Of a stretch of DNA of 64,000 nucleotides, positions 38,880 through 52,589 are shown piece by piece. Source of the stretch: Octopus vulgaris (taxonomy: Eukaryota); assembly GCA_951406725.2 (NCBI GenBank), contig OX597824.1, forward strand, positions 83,204,001-83,268,000, written 5' to 3'. Position 1 is the stretch's first letter. Each line of letters opens with the position of its first letter. The notes under the pieces are model-generated. The model ran no database searches, was not told where the DNA came from, and saw only the letters and a program-made list of their open reading frames with translations. The position numbers and the translations under genes are program-made.

Positions 38880-39290
38880 TTACCTTTTACTTGTTTCTGT
38901 CATAGGATTGTGGTCATGCTGGGGCACCATCTTGAAGGGTTTAGTCAAGCAAACTTGCCCCAGTACATCATTTTTTTTTGTTTTGTTTTTTTCAAATATA
39001 GTGCTTATTCTATCTGCTTCTTTTGCTGAACCTTTAAATCACTGAATATAAACAAACCAACACCAGTTGTTATGCAGTGACAGGAGACATACATACACAC
39101 ACACACACACAAACACACATATGTATGATTGGCTTCCACACAGTTTCTATCTACCAAATTCACTCACAAGGCATTGGTCAACCTGGGGTTATAGTACAAG
39201 ATTGCTGTCCAAGGTGCCACACAGTGGGACTGAACCCAAAACTGTGTAGTTGCAAAGCAAGCTTTTTAACAACACAACCATGTCTGTGCT
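38880..39290 (-). mobile_element. SINE family B, old copy
   Basis: Diverged but collinear. Confidence 0.78.
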
Positions 39291-39559
39291 TAGATGTGAA
39301 AGAAGAAATAGGAACACTTTCTTTAACATCATGAGGGGAAAAAAGACCAAATTTTTCCAATGATTATAGTCAAAACATTTTAACCATTACCCTCTGTTTT
39401 AATAACCAAATGATACAGAGGTTTCTCCATTATTCTTTCATAGTTAAACTAAGTGAATAAACAAAATTCACCATTCCATACGAAAATTTAGAATTTCTTT
39501 TCTTTAAATTACTTCATATATATGCATAAGTTGATATTATTGGGAAATACTTATTACAG

Positions 39560-39945
39560 TTTTTTACTTTTTACTTTTTACTTGTTTCAGTAATGTGACT
39601 GTGGCCATGCTGGAGCACCGCCTTTAGTCGAGCAAATCGATCCCAGGACTTATTCTTTGTAAGCCTAGTACTTATTCTATCGGTCTCTTTTGCCGAACCG
39701 CTAAGTTACGGGGACGTAAACACACCAGCATCGGTTGTCAAGCGATGTTGGGGGGACAAACGCAGACACACAAACATATACATACATATACATATATACG
39801 ATGGGCTTCTTTCAGTTTCCATCTACCAAATCCACTCACAAGGCTTTGGTCGGCCCGAGGCTATAGTAGAAGACACTTGCCCAAGGTGCCATGCAGTGGG
39901 ACTGAACCCGGAACCATGTGGTTGGTAAACAAGCTACTTACCACA
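39560..39945 (-). mobile_element. SINE family B, young
   Basis: Near consensus. Confidence 0.92.
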
Positions 39946-40239
39946 TGTCGAGAAAATGTTAAAATTTTAGTCCCTGAGATGCCCAATTACTCTAACACAC
40001 TCAATTCTTAATATCTTTGGAAAATATTGCAATAAACTAGTGATAAGATATTAAACAGATATACTTAGCAAAATAGGAGATATGTTTATAATATTAGATG
40101 TATATTGATGTCTACAAGCTTATTTCAGCAAACACAACATGGAATACATATAACAGGGAAGCCAACAGAAGCTGTTTCATTTTATTACTGAAGGAAATAC
40201 AAAAGATATGATGTAATTTTTTTAGTATAGACCATCCGA

Positions 40240-40318
40240 CTGATTGATAAAGACAACCCTTAACGACGCATTACAACTTCTGGTCATAGATATGTTCTCT
40301 CTCTCTATCTATCTTTTT

Positions 40319-40355
<37 letters not shown>

Positions 40356-40556
40356 TCTTCTCTCTATTTTATAGCTATCTTCCTGAACCACCAAGTTGCA
40401 TACCACCTCCTCTTAAGCTCACCAACATACTATCTCTCTTCCTCCCATGATCTATACTATGTCTTGCATCTGACTTGCTTCATGAATATTTAATCAATTT
40501 CTTCTTCCCCAGAACATCAACATTATGGAATTCCATCGTTAGTTACATTTCCCTTT
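40240..40556 (+). mobile_element. Decayed CR1/Zenon-like LINE 3' fragment
   Basis: LNDALQLL...SLFYSY...PPPL...NFFFPRTSTLWNSI, matching the FFPRT.LWN.LP C-terminal motif. Confidence 0.6.
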
Positions 40557-41049
40557 ACACACAAAAACTATTACATTCACTTTTGGTTTATTGGTCTTGG
40601 GTTCGTTCCCACAGCGCAGCACCTTGGGCAAGTCTCTTCTACTATGGTCCCCAGACTGACCAAATCCTTGTGAGTGAATTTGGTAGACAGACACTAAAAC
40701 AAGCCCACTGTATCATCATCATCATCATCATCATCATCACCATCACTACCACCGTCACCACCACCACCACTATCACCATCATCATCATTTAATGCCAATT
40801 TTCTATACTAGCATAAATTGGATAGTTTAGTTGGAGATGGTAAGCCTGGAGAGCTGCACCAGGTTTGAATCAATCTTATGTTATGGTCTAGAAAACAAAA
40901 CTGAATATACTAAAATATTTGTCTTTTGTTATGTCCCAAATACCAAACACAAATTTCTTTTCATTGTATGTCACTCCCAACAAGGTAACAACCAGCAATA
41001 AAACAGGCTTCAAACAACTAACAGATGTCCAAAGGCCATTCCAAGTTGT

Positions 41050-41255
41050 ATAGACTCGTAGCACTATTTTCCAGGATTGTCTGGGAGTATGCATTCCTCC
41101 TTGGACAGGATGCTGGTCTGTCACAGGAATACTCATTTTTGCCAGCTGAGTGGACTGGAACAATATGAAATGAAGTGTCTTGCTCAAGAACACAATGTAT
41201 CGCCCAGTTCAGGAATCAAACCCACAATCTTACAATCATGACCCCCAACAACCTA
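41050..41255 (-). mobile_element. SINE family E, old copy
   Basis: actcatttttgccagctgagtggactgg...gctcaagaacacaa matches 3284-3545. Confidence 0.78.
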
Positions 41256-42098
41256 AACCGTATGTGTGTGTGTATAGGCATGTGTGTGTGGTTAAGAAGC
41301 TTGCTTCCTAACCATGGGGTCTCCGGTTCAGTCCCACTGTGTGTGACCTTGGACAAGTGTGTTCTTCTATAATAACCAGGAGCCAACCAAAGCTTTGTGA
41401 ATGGATTTGATAGAAGAAACTGAGAGAAGCCCATCACATATATATGTATGTACGCATGTGTGTATTGTGAGTGTGAGTGTGTGTGAGAGAGAGAGAGTGC
41501 GAATGTGTGAGTGCGAGAGAGAGAGAGAGTGCGAATGTGTGTGTGTGTGTGTGTGTATATACTCTAGTCCAAACATCATGCAATGGTTGTTAACAAGCCT
41601 CACTGCTATAGAAGAGATGCTATATGTTTCCAGTTTTCCATGGGAAAACATGTCTGGCCATGGGGAATATTACCTTGCCTGGTAAAAAAAAAAAAGGCAT
41701 AGACTAACAACAGGGAGGGCATCGAGCCATAGAAAATTTGCCTCAACAAATTCCATCCGACTCATGCAAGCATGGAAAAGTGGATGTTAAATGATAATGA
41801 ATAACGAAGTGTATATGTAAATGCATAAATGTGAGTATATGCTTGTGTGTATGCGTGTGTGTGTGTGTGTGTGGATTTGTGTATATGTGTACAGCTATAC
41901 CATGTATGTGCATATGTATATATGTGATTCCAATAAAATCTCCAGCCATATTCCTGTTATTTAGAAGCCGAGCCTCACTTTCTTTGAACATATACTGTCT
42001 CATAGTAAGGCAAATATTCTTCTGCCTTGCCTTTAATAATTCTTCATCTAGCATCCATTATCTCCCAGCTTTTATTTTAAACCATTCGTGGACACACA

Positions 42099-42136
<38 letters not shown>

Positions 42137-42954
42137 TACACATATATATAAAACCATATGCACACACACACATACACACTTCATGTAACAGCAGCTTAGT
42201 TGGTATACATACAATCAGCTGATGACTCACTCTCTATCTAGTTTTATCAATGTTTTAAGTATGCTTGCAGAGAGTAACAACAACAACAACAACAACAGAA
42301 GTAATATTATTATTAGTAGTAGTAGTAGTAGTAGTAGCACTGGTAGTAGTAATGGTAGTGGTAGCAGTAGCAGTAGTAGTAGTAGTAGTAGTAGTAGTAA
42401 CATCAACTGGCAAGTCTACAAGAGATTACTATCCACTAGTGCTAGATAAATGTTTGTTTAGTTTTACCAATATACAAAGTAATCCGAGAAAACATGAGCG
42501 AAAAAAGAAAAAAGAAAAAAAAGAAAAGAAAACAGAAGAAGCAAAAGAAGACAACAGCTAAAATGGCAGAAATCTGTAAAAGTGTATGGTGGAAAACTAG
42601 TAAAAAGTGTTTAAAAGGAATCAGTAAAAGAGAATTCTGGAAACCAGTGAAAGAGTATGTAGGGAACCAGAATCATCATCATCATCATCATCATCATCAG
42701 CATCAGCATCATCATCATCATCACCACCACTTAACGTCCACTATTCCATGCCTGCATGGGTTAGATGTAATTTGTCGAAGCAGATTTTTCGACGACTGGA
42801 TGCTCTTCCCGTTGCCAACCTCATTTGTTTCCAGGAAAGGTAAAGTGGCCAGATATGCTATTTTTCTTGGAAGACTGGGATTAAACATTATCACTTATAT
42901 GATGGTGATGCTCTCTTACAACTATCACCTGATGGCAAGACAAGGGTACGTACG

Positions 42955-43009
<55 letters not shown>

Positions 43010-43139
43010 TAGAAGAAATAAGGCACTCAGAAATCTAGATGGTTTTATAGTTACAGACTTTTATTAATATATCACATGTTTTTATAAATCATATATGCCT
43101 CGACAGAGTCCCGCATATATATATATATATATATTTTTT

Positions 43140-43545
43140 TTTTTACTTGTTCCAGTTATTTGTCTGCAGCCATGCTGGAGCACCACCTTGACTGGTTTTA
43201 ATTGAACAAATCAACTCTAGGACATATTTTTAAGCCTATTACTCATTCTATCAGTCTGTTTTGCTGAACCGCTTAGCTACAGGGACATAAACACACCAAC
43301 ACCAGTTGTCAAGTGGTGGTGGCGGGGGGGGGGGGACAAACACAGACACAACAACACACACACATAGATATGTACATATATATATATATATATATATATG
43401 CCGAGCTTCTTTCAGTTTCTGTCTACCAAATCCACTCACAAGGCTTTGGTCAGCCCGACGCTATAGCAGAAAACACCTGCCCAAGGTGCCACAGAGTGGA
43501 ACTGAACCCAGAACCATGTGGTTGGGAAGTAAACTTCTTAACACA
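43140..43545 (-). mobile_element. SINE family B
   Basis: Collinear with other copies. Confidence 0.85.
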
Positions 43546-43650
43546 CATACATACATACAGACAGATAGACAGATATATAACATGAGCTTCTTGCTGTTTC
43601 CATTTATGAAATCCATCCACAAGGCTTTGGTCTACTCAGGGCTATTGTCC

Positions 43651-43884
43651 TATTTCTTTACTACCCACAAGGGGCTAAACACAGAGGAGACAAACAAGGA
43701 CAGACAGACGGATTACGTCGACTATATCGACCCCAGTGCGTAACTGGTACTTAACTTATCGACCCCGAAAGGATGAAAGGCAAAGTCGACCTTGGAGAAA
43801 TTTTGAACTCAGAACATAATGACAGACGTAATACCACTAAAGATTTCGCCCGGTATGCTAATGTTTCTGCCAGCTCGCCGCCTT
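43651..43884 (-). mobile_element. SINE family C
   Basis: 12-bp TSD gggctattgtcc at 43639-43650 and 43885-43896. Confidence 0.93.
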
Positions 43885-44239
43885 GGGCTATTGTCCAAAG
43901 TGCTAGAGAGTGAGTTTGAACTTGAGACCACAGGGTTAAGAAGCAAACTTCTTAATAATGCAGCCATGCATGTCCCTATAAAAAAAGTATTCTATAGACC
44001 AGTATAAACATATTCAAGGGACCAGTAAGGGAGTGCAGAGGAAAACTGTGAAAGAGTAGAGATAACTAGCAGACAAACAGATACATATTAGGTTTAATGT
44101 AATTGATTATAATTTAGAAAGCAAAATCCCATCATGACCACAATCCAAAGACTGAAATCAATAAAAGAAACACTCAAACACATACACGCCCACATATATA
44201 TACACACCCACCCACACCATATACACACATACATATAAT

Positions 44240-44287
<48 letters not shown>

Positions 44288-45242
44288 ACTTGTTCTCTGA
44301 CAAGGTCATTCTGCCCGTAAAGTACTAAAAGATCAAAGGGGAAAATCAATAGAAAAAGGATATTTTCTCTTTTTTTAATCTTTTTTTCCCCTTTTACTAA
44401 CCTTAGTTATTCAACTGCAGCCATGCTTGCACAAATACACACACACATATATAACATAGAGTGTGTGTGCGTGTGTGTGTATGTGTGATTTTTGTATTAG
44501 TGTAGAACCATGTGTTGAAAAAAAAATGTTGTTGTGCTTTGGGAACATTATTCAGTCAATAAAACACATGCATAGGCTGCGATTCACTTCTATTCCATTA
44601 TCAATAAATTAATTAATTTATGCAAACAACTGATTAATTAGTTTGTCAAAATCCTTTCATCATGTCTTGTGACCATAACAATGGAAATGCACTTGTTTCC
44701 TGTTAATTTCTCAAAATGTTTTAGGGACAAAATGACCCAACCAAAACACATTATATATGCGTGTGACCGCGCGTGTATTGTTGACAATTTTTTTCCTCCG
44801 TCTTCGCTTCCTTGGATCTTTCCTTTTCCTATGTTTCTGACAAAGAGCTCCACTCGAAACATTAAATCCTCCTTCTTTCTTTCCTTTCCTGAGCATCCAA
44901 TAACACTATACTTGTTCCATGTCCTCGCATTGTTGTGTTTTCTCTTTGTGTTTTCATGTTTGGATTAACTATATATATATATATATATATGTATACATAG
45001 TTCAAATTTACAGAAAACAACAAGCAGGTGTATTAATGCTTGGGAAGAATGGAAAAGTCTTTTATGTTTCAAGCCTACGCTCTTCATCTGAAAGAATTAA
45101 GAGGCAAAAAACGGAGAGACCTGTCCCACAGAATCTGAATCCAACCATTGAAACAATGCAAACCAACCAGGGCAGCATGCTCAACCTTGGCCTTCAAGGG
45201 GAAATGTGTTTTTAGGGAACTCAAGAATTTGTCGCATATTAA

Positions 45243-46130
45243 ACAATAAAGGATTTCAAACAGCAATAGGGTTTATGTGAAATTCTGTTTCACACTGAGA
45301 AAATCTTTAATGGGAACTTTTCAAATGAAGGAAGAACCCTTTAGAGAGGATTGTTTGAGTTGTAAACAATACTGTGAGTGGTACCAAGGTTTCAAATTAG
45401 GAAGTTTTCATCTCCCTCTGATATTTATTGTTTTTAACACAGTATAAGAGATGTTATCTCAGGTGAACTACTGCTGAAACTGGCCTTTTAACAGTGTATA
45501 TACATTAAATATGATACATAGATGGCTATTTTAATTTGATACTATCTCATTTGCATACACCAGATTTCTAAAAAGTGTCGCAGTAGATGATGAGACATGA
45601 ACGTATGGCTACGATGATGAAATAAAAAAAAAAGCAGTCATTGCTGTGGCCTAAATATCAATGTCAGGTTAAATAAAATGATGCTATTGATTTGTCTTTT
45701 GATAAAGTATCTGATAAAGTATCCTTTATCATAAGCTTGTACCACATAGGTTTTACTTAGATGTCCTGGGCCATTTCAGTGAGGCAGTGTGAAGGAAGAG
45801 ACATGAAGCATGGACAAACAAAAACCTGGATGTTGCACCATGACAATGCACCTGTTCATGCACCATTCCTTATTCATGACATTTTGGCAAAGTACAAGAT
45901 GAATCTCATCCTCCAACTACTATACAATCTGCATTTAAGCCCTGCAGACTTTCTTTCGGTTCCCAAAGTTGAAATCCACTCTGAAGAATCACCAATTTCA
46001 AATAATCAAAGAATCACCACAAAATCTGCATATAACACCAAAAAACACGTCCAGGATACATTCCAAAATAAGACATAAACAGCGTATCAACAATAGTGAA
46101 AACTTATTTTTGAGAAACGGAATTTCATAG
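45243..46130 (+). pseudogene. Decayed mariner transposase (second subfamily)
   Basis: VKFCF..CEWYQGFK; PDFLKSVAVDDET*TYGYD; WMLHHDNAPVH...LSPADF; many stops and frameshifts; TIRs not identified. Confidence 0.82.
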
Positions 46131-46404
46131 TTGTTCCAGCAATGATGTTAAATATCTACTAAAAAAAACCATAGAAGTGGTATTATTTGCAAGTTATATT
46201 GCCTCAATAAACTTGACATGTCTCAACAGAAAAAAAAAAAAAAGTTTCAGACATGACATTCCTCAACAAAAGACAGATTAGTATTATGAAATTGTTTTCT
46301 GTGGTTAATGTAATGAAATTTTGAGTGGATGTATCTGATTTCTGCAGTTAAACGGTTAAAAATGTAAGTAAAACAATAAATTTGTTTTTCAAAAAGTTCA
46401 GTTT

Positions 46405-46465
<61 letters not shown>

Positions 46466-46579
46466 AAGTGTGTGTGTGTGTGTGTGTATGGGAGAGAGAG
46501 AGTACTTCTGTTACTGGTTTCAGTCATTAGGTGGTTGCCATGCTGGGACTCTACTTTCTGAAGTGCAAACAATGACATT

Positions 46580-46752
46580 CATCATCATCATCATTTAACG
46601 TCTGCTTTCCATGCTAGCATGGATTGGATGGTTTTGACTGAGGGCTGGCAAACCAGATGGCTGCACCAGGCTCCAATCTTGATCTGGCAGAGTTTCTACA
46701 GCTGGATGCCCTTCCTAATGCCAGCCACTCCGAGAGTGTAGTGGGTGCTTTT
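46580..46752 (-). mobile_element. Retroposon family D (5'-truncated)
   Basis: Tail and central motif only. Confidence 0.87.
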
Positions 46753-46979
46753 TAACCTCTCTAAAATATATAACCAAATGCAACTTGTCTTATTGACTGC
46801 AGAGGGATGAAAGACAAAGTGGACCTCAGCAGGGTCTGAATTCAGTACCCAGCCAGATACAGCAAAGTATTTTGTTTGATATTCGACAGATTTTGCCATC
46901 CACCATTACAGAAATCAGTTAAGATAATAATTCAGCACATACCCAAGGGCTGACAGCTGCTTTAGAGTGAAGTAAAGAG

Positions 46980-47209
46980 TTAACCCTTTCGTTACAGTAT
47001 TTATTTTAAGATGCTCTGTGTTTTTTTTCAGTTACTTTAAATATAACAAAGAATTTAGTAAAATAACTTAGTTATCATTCAGCTAGGGTTAGGAACATAA
47101 ATTGTGACTAAGGTTTGGTGGAAGATTTTAATTCAAAACTTAATGAAAACAAGACATTTGTACTCAAAGCCAAAGCTGGTTTCAGCCAGGTTGGTAACGA
47201 AAGGGTTAA
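46980..47209. mobile_element. piggyBac-like MITE
   Basis: TTAA-ccctttcgttac ... gtaacgaaaggg-TTAA; relatives at 28569, 47938, 48133 and 52145. Confidence 0.85.
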
Positions 47210-48874
47210 ACCACTATGAAATAATCAACAAAACTCACATGCACACGCCAATGAGGAAACTACAACAAGGTTGCTGGATCTACTAGAAATAATTTATTCT
47301 CCTTCAATAAATTATTTCTACTATGTTAAGAAAAAAAGGAAAGACATAAAAGATAATATAGTCCAAGATACATTATGCCTAGGATGTCTTTGCTCATAGG
47401 TCTGTGGGATAAGAGTTAACCTGGGATTAAATAACAACCTGCCAAAAGCAGCAGCCAAATTTGTCTCAAATCACACTTTATAATCAGAAAACGAACAGGC
47501 ACATGAGAAAAAGCAGTCTTTGATATATTATGCTGTATCTAAATGAATGATGGGATGGTTATAACTGAAACCACTTTGATTCATAGATTTGCTAAATCAG
47601 GGTTGACTTGGGGCTATACAACAAGCAAAACAGATCAAAAGCACATACATCACAAATCATCATTTCCACATGAAGTGTCAAAAGAAAATAGGAAAAAAAA
47701 CGTCAATCAATAATTTAGTATTCATTTGGAATTATAGACTGGAAGCAACACATTAACCATGGCTGTATTTTATACGTACTAAACTATTTGTCATATAGTT
47801 CTTATTGATTCTGCAACAATTGAAGGAACTGTCTCCAGTTTAAAGAGCTTAAGCTGCTTTTCACAAGGATGTTTACAAATAGCTTGCTAGAGGCTGAACA
47901 AAGAGGACAACTGACCATCTGCCAACACTGGTTCCACTTAACTCTTTTGATATCAAGCCGCGCGGGACCACCTCTGGCTCTCTGTGATACAAAACCGCTC
48001 ATCTTAGAAGTGTTCGTATTTAAATTAAAACCCCTCCGTCGTAATTTTTTGTGCGTAATAATCTTATGTTATGTTTCCAAACAACAACTTAATCTACCAA
48101 AATATTTGTCTTTTGTTATGTCCGAAACACATTTAACTCCTTTGATATCGAAACACCCAGGGACCACTTTTGACTGCTCGTTTGAAAAATGTTCAAATTT
48201 AAATTGAAACCTTCAATCATAATTTTATGTAATAATCAATATTATGTTATGGTCTAGAAAACAAGTGAATATACTAAAATATTTGTGTTTTGTTATGTCC
48301 CAAACACCAAACACAAATTTCTTTTTATTGTACGTCACTCACAACAAGGTGACAACCAGCAGTAAAACAGGCCTCAAGCAACCACTAAGAATGTTGAGAG
48401 TTACAAAAGGAAAAGAAAGAAAAACAAAAAAAAGAAAATTATAAATGGCTGTCCTATGAATCATGAAATGATCAAAGCAAGATTTAAAAGAACAAAGATC
48501 ATATTCATCTGGGAAACAAAAATTTTAAAAAATCAGCTCTACATGATAAATGCTTGAGAAAAGAAACTAGAAAAGTAGAAAACACTTCTTACAAGTGGGG
48601 ACAACCATGAAAAGATCAGTATTAGTCATTTGATTAGTAAACCTTAAGAGGTGATACAGGACAAGTTCAGTAAAACAGAGACCATAAAAGTATGCATAGA
48701 ACAGAGATAACAAGTTAATGCTTTGGCAGTGAGAGGGAGGGGTCTCAATTCAATCAAGGTAAGAACACCTGCAACTAGACAACCCAAATGTGACAACTGT
48801 ATTTCATACAAGGGCAAATAAGAGAGAGATAAAGATGAGATATATATCTTTTATTTTTTTTTTAACTTCTACTT

Positions 48875-49073
48875 TTTGTGTATCTGTGCTTGTCCCCACC
48901 CCCCAACATTGCTTGACAACTGATGCTGGTATGTTTATGTCCCCCCTAACTTAGCAGTTCAGCAAAAGAGACCGATAGAATAAGAACTAGGCTTACAAAG
49001 AATAAGTCCTGGGGTCGATTTGCTCGACTAAAGGCAGTGCTCCAGCATGGCTGCAGTCAAATAACTGAAACAA
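48875..49073 (+). mobile_element. SINE family B 3' half
   Basis: Tail region matches. Confidence 0.85.
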
Positions 49074-49076
49074 ATA

Positions 49077-49108
<32 letters not shown>

Positions 49109-49168
49109 GTGTATATACATGTGTGTGTATGCATTTATAGACATGTGTGTGTGTGTGTATGCATGCAC

Positions 49169-49204
<36 letters not shown>

Positions 49205-49952
49205 GTGCATGCATACACACACATACACACTCACTCACACACACAAACAATAGGCTTCCACACAGTTACCATCTACCAAATTCACCAACAAGGTGCAGTC
49301 TTTGTGTAGCTGCTGGATCTTTCAGATATAACAACCAAAGCTCTCTCACAGCAACATCCTACTGTCTTACTTAGAAAGGACAAACTACATACTGTGGCTG
49401 TAAATGCATCTGACACATGTCGTATAATGCATTCTTTTTGTTTTTTTCCTCAGATAGCGTGAAGTGACAAGAGAGGTTAGGCTGTTATTTCCAGCAGGTG
49501 ACAACAATATACTACAACAGCTCATGTGGTTTTGCACACAAACTGTTACGACAGCATAAAGTTTATCTATTCTGGAGACTATAAAAGAAACCAGGTAGAA
49601 AGGATAAATACCGACTATCACACCTGTAACAACTGTTATCTGTATTTTATAACACAGTCAAATACTTGAAAGAGGCATATAAAAGTCAGCCGACATCCAG
49701 AAGGAAATTTCAGGTCTAAATTATATCTATAAAGCTGTCACCTTCATAACAATAAACAGCCAGGCTTGGGGAGAGCTATGGAAAACACTTACTTGCTTAT
49801 GTTTAAACAGCTTGCTTTGAAATTCTTCTCTTTCAAATTAACTTATATATTCCAAAAACTTAACACAGGACAACAACTACTGCTACTACTACTACTACTA
49901 CTACTATTAATACTACTATGACTACGACAACGACGACTACTACTACTGCTGC

Positions 49953-50564
49953 TGTTGTTGTTGTTGTTAAGCAACAAGATGTGTAAGGGTGATTAGGTGA
50001 TGGTCTAGGGCTTAGGGGTGGGAGACCCCAGACCTTGGGAAAAAAAAAAAACTTTGGTCGTCTTGTTGTAGTCGAAGGCTCTTCGTTGACGCCCGACACC
50101 ACTGGGAGGTGGCCCTTGAAGTCGCTGGAAATGGAGATGTCCAGGTCCAAATTCATGAACGGTTGCTGCTGCTGCTGCTGCTGCTTTTGTTGTTGTTGTT
50201 GTTGTTGAGCGTAGTGGTCTTCGTCCTAGTAGGAGAAGTCCGAAACGTGGTCCTTTGCTATTCGTAAGACCCGCAGAAGAGAAAGCAGGTCAATCCCCAA
50301 CACCGAGAGCATCGACAGATGGATGAAAGTGCATCCAGGCTCAGCGGTTGCATAGGAAGTCGGGGACGAGAAACAGGAAGAAAGAGTGAGAGAAAGTTGG
50401 AGCGAAAGAGTACAACAGGGGTCGCCACCACCCCCTGCAGGAGCCTCGTGGAGCTTTAGGTGTTTTTGCTCAATAAACACACACAACGCCCAGTCTGGGA
50501 ATCGAAACCGTGATCCTCCGACCGCGAGTCGGCTGTCCTAACCATTGGGCCATTGCGCCTCCAC
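49953..50564 (-). mobile_element. SINE family A head with long tail type 3 (~420 bp)
   Basis: Head 50370-50564 matches 510-892; ends in (AAC)n; candidate TSD tactgctgc at 49944-49952 and 50565-50573. Confidence 0.8.
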
Positions 50565-50984
50565 TACTGCTGCATGATATTGGAACTAAGATGAAGCCTC
50601 AATGTAACTCACTCAGCTAGGCAAATGTCCAAGTCACCACTGACCACAGTTGAAAAGAAGGACATGTTAGATAAAGTAGTTCTGGGCTCATTTAGCTGAG
50701 GAAAAAAAGACAGGATGATCATGGCTGGAATGCCTTTGATTGTAGTCATTATTTTCTCCAATATCTTCATCTGATATTCCTAACTTAAGCTGGGTACCGT
50801 TAAAAATATTGATAATGCCATTGATAAATTAATTGAACCTTTACCTTTAATTTAACAAGTGTACCTGCTATTGTTCCTGATGGATGTAGTTATGTAATCT
50901 TAAGTTACCTAACTATCGCCAAATAATCTCCCTCCCTTCATACAAAACAGGGAGACAGATACTTATGCCTAACACACTATAATT

Positions 50985-51300
50985 GGCATTCCATTTCTTA
51001 CAACAACAAGAGTTCCAGTTCATCTAATCAACGGATCAGCCTGCTCGTGAAATTAGCATAAGAGTGGCTGAGCACTCCACAGATATGCATACTCTTAATG
51101 TAATTCTTAGAGAGATTCAGCATGACACGGAATGCGACAAGGCTGGCCTTTTGAAATACAGGTATGTCTCATTTTTGCCAGCTGATTGAACTGGAGCAAA
51201 GTGAAATGAAGTGTGTTGCTCAAGGACACAATGTGCTGCCAGGAACTGAACCAACGACCCTGTGATTGGAAGCCGAATACCTTAACCACAAAGCCATGCA
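50985..51300 (-). mobile_element. Chimeric old SINE: E-type head/CORE with family-A tail type 1
   Basis: 51165-51300 matches E; 50985-51163 matches 513-692. Confidence 0.85.
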
Positions 51301-51442
51301 TTTTTAAGTCTGACGCCTTATTAACATGAAATAACATTATTGTCCAGGGGGACAACGTTGTTGTTGGTGGTCTGAACACTAGACCCAGTTGGTAAAATAA
51401 ATGAGTCACCATTCAATCCCTGGCCAAGATCAGGAATAATAC

Positions 51443-52043
51443 CTATATCTTTACTACCCACAAGGGGCTAAACACAGAGAGGACAAACAAGGACAGACAA
51501 ACGGATTAAGTCGATTATATCGACGCCAGTGCGTAACTGGTACTTATTTAATCGACCCCGAAAGGATGAAAGGCAAAGTCGACCTTGACGGAATTTGAAC
51601 TCAGAATGTAATGGCAGATGAAATACCTATTTCTTTACTACCCACAAGGGGCTAAATGCAGAGAAGACAAACAAGGACAGACAAACGGATTAAGTCGGTT
51701 ATATCAACCCCAGTGCGTAACTGGTACTTATTTAATCGACCCCGAAAGGATGAAAGGCAAAGTCGACCTCGGCGGAATTTGAACTCAGAATGTAATGGCA
51801 GACGAAATACCTATTTCTTTACTTCCCACAAGGGGCTAAACACAGAGAAGACAAACAAGGACAGACAAACGGATTAAGTCGGTTATATCGACCCCAGTGC
51901 GTAACTGGTACTTATTTAATCGACCCTGAAAGGATGAAAGGCAAAGTCGACCTCGGTGGAATTTGAACTCAGAACGTAACAGCAGACGAAATACCACTAA
52001 GCATTTCACCCGGTGTGCTAACGATTCTGCCAGCTCGCCGCCT
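51443..52043 (-). mobile_element. SINE-C trimer (one head, three body-tail units)
   Basis: Junction gaaatac|ctatttcttt at ~51626 and ~51810. Confidence 0.93.
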
Positions 52044-52589
52044 GAAGGATAATACTTGACGATGACAAGAAAGAAGACTGATTGAAATGTAATGTCAGCA
52101 ACAAAAAAAAAAAAAAAAAAAAAAAAAGAAACAGACATTATGATTTAATCCTTTTGATACCAACCCACCTGAGACTGCCGTTAGTTCTATGATACAAACT
52201 TTCCTGTTTGAAATGATTTACATTAGAACTTTCCATTAAAATTTCATGTTAATTTATGTTTCAAACACCATTTTAATAATGACAACACTATTTTATTAAA
52301 ACAATTTTCATAAATTTCGATAGTAACTGAAACAAAGGCAGTGCATTTAATCAGAAATATGGTCATGATATGGATGAAACGATGTCAAAAATAGCCCAGT
52401 TAATCAGCAGAACATGTCTATTTACATAAAATGATAACACTTATGCTTTCTCTTGAGAGAGAAAACATTGCTGTTATTGTTGTCACTTAACCCTACTAAG
52501 TTGAAGCAGACATATAAGCTAAGGTGTTCTAACTATGAAAAATCAGCCTTTTCCAGGCTCTAAGACAACCCCCACCTCCCCAGATATAA

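Noticed and set aside
50205-50255. Possible hammerhead around gtccGAAACgtggtc
   Set aside because: No CUGAnGA core upstream on that strand.
51443-52043. Retrozyme interpretation of the SINE-C concatemers
   Set aside because: I could not find a hammerhead core in the ~180-bp unit on either strand; kept only as a mechanism question.
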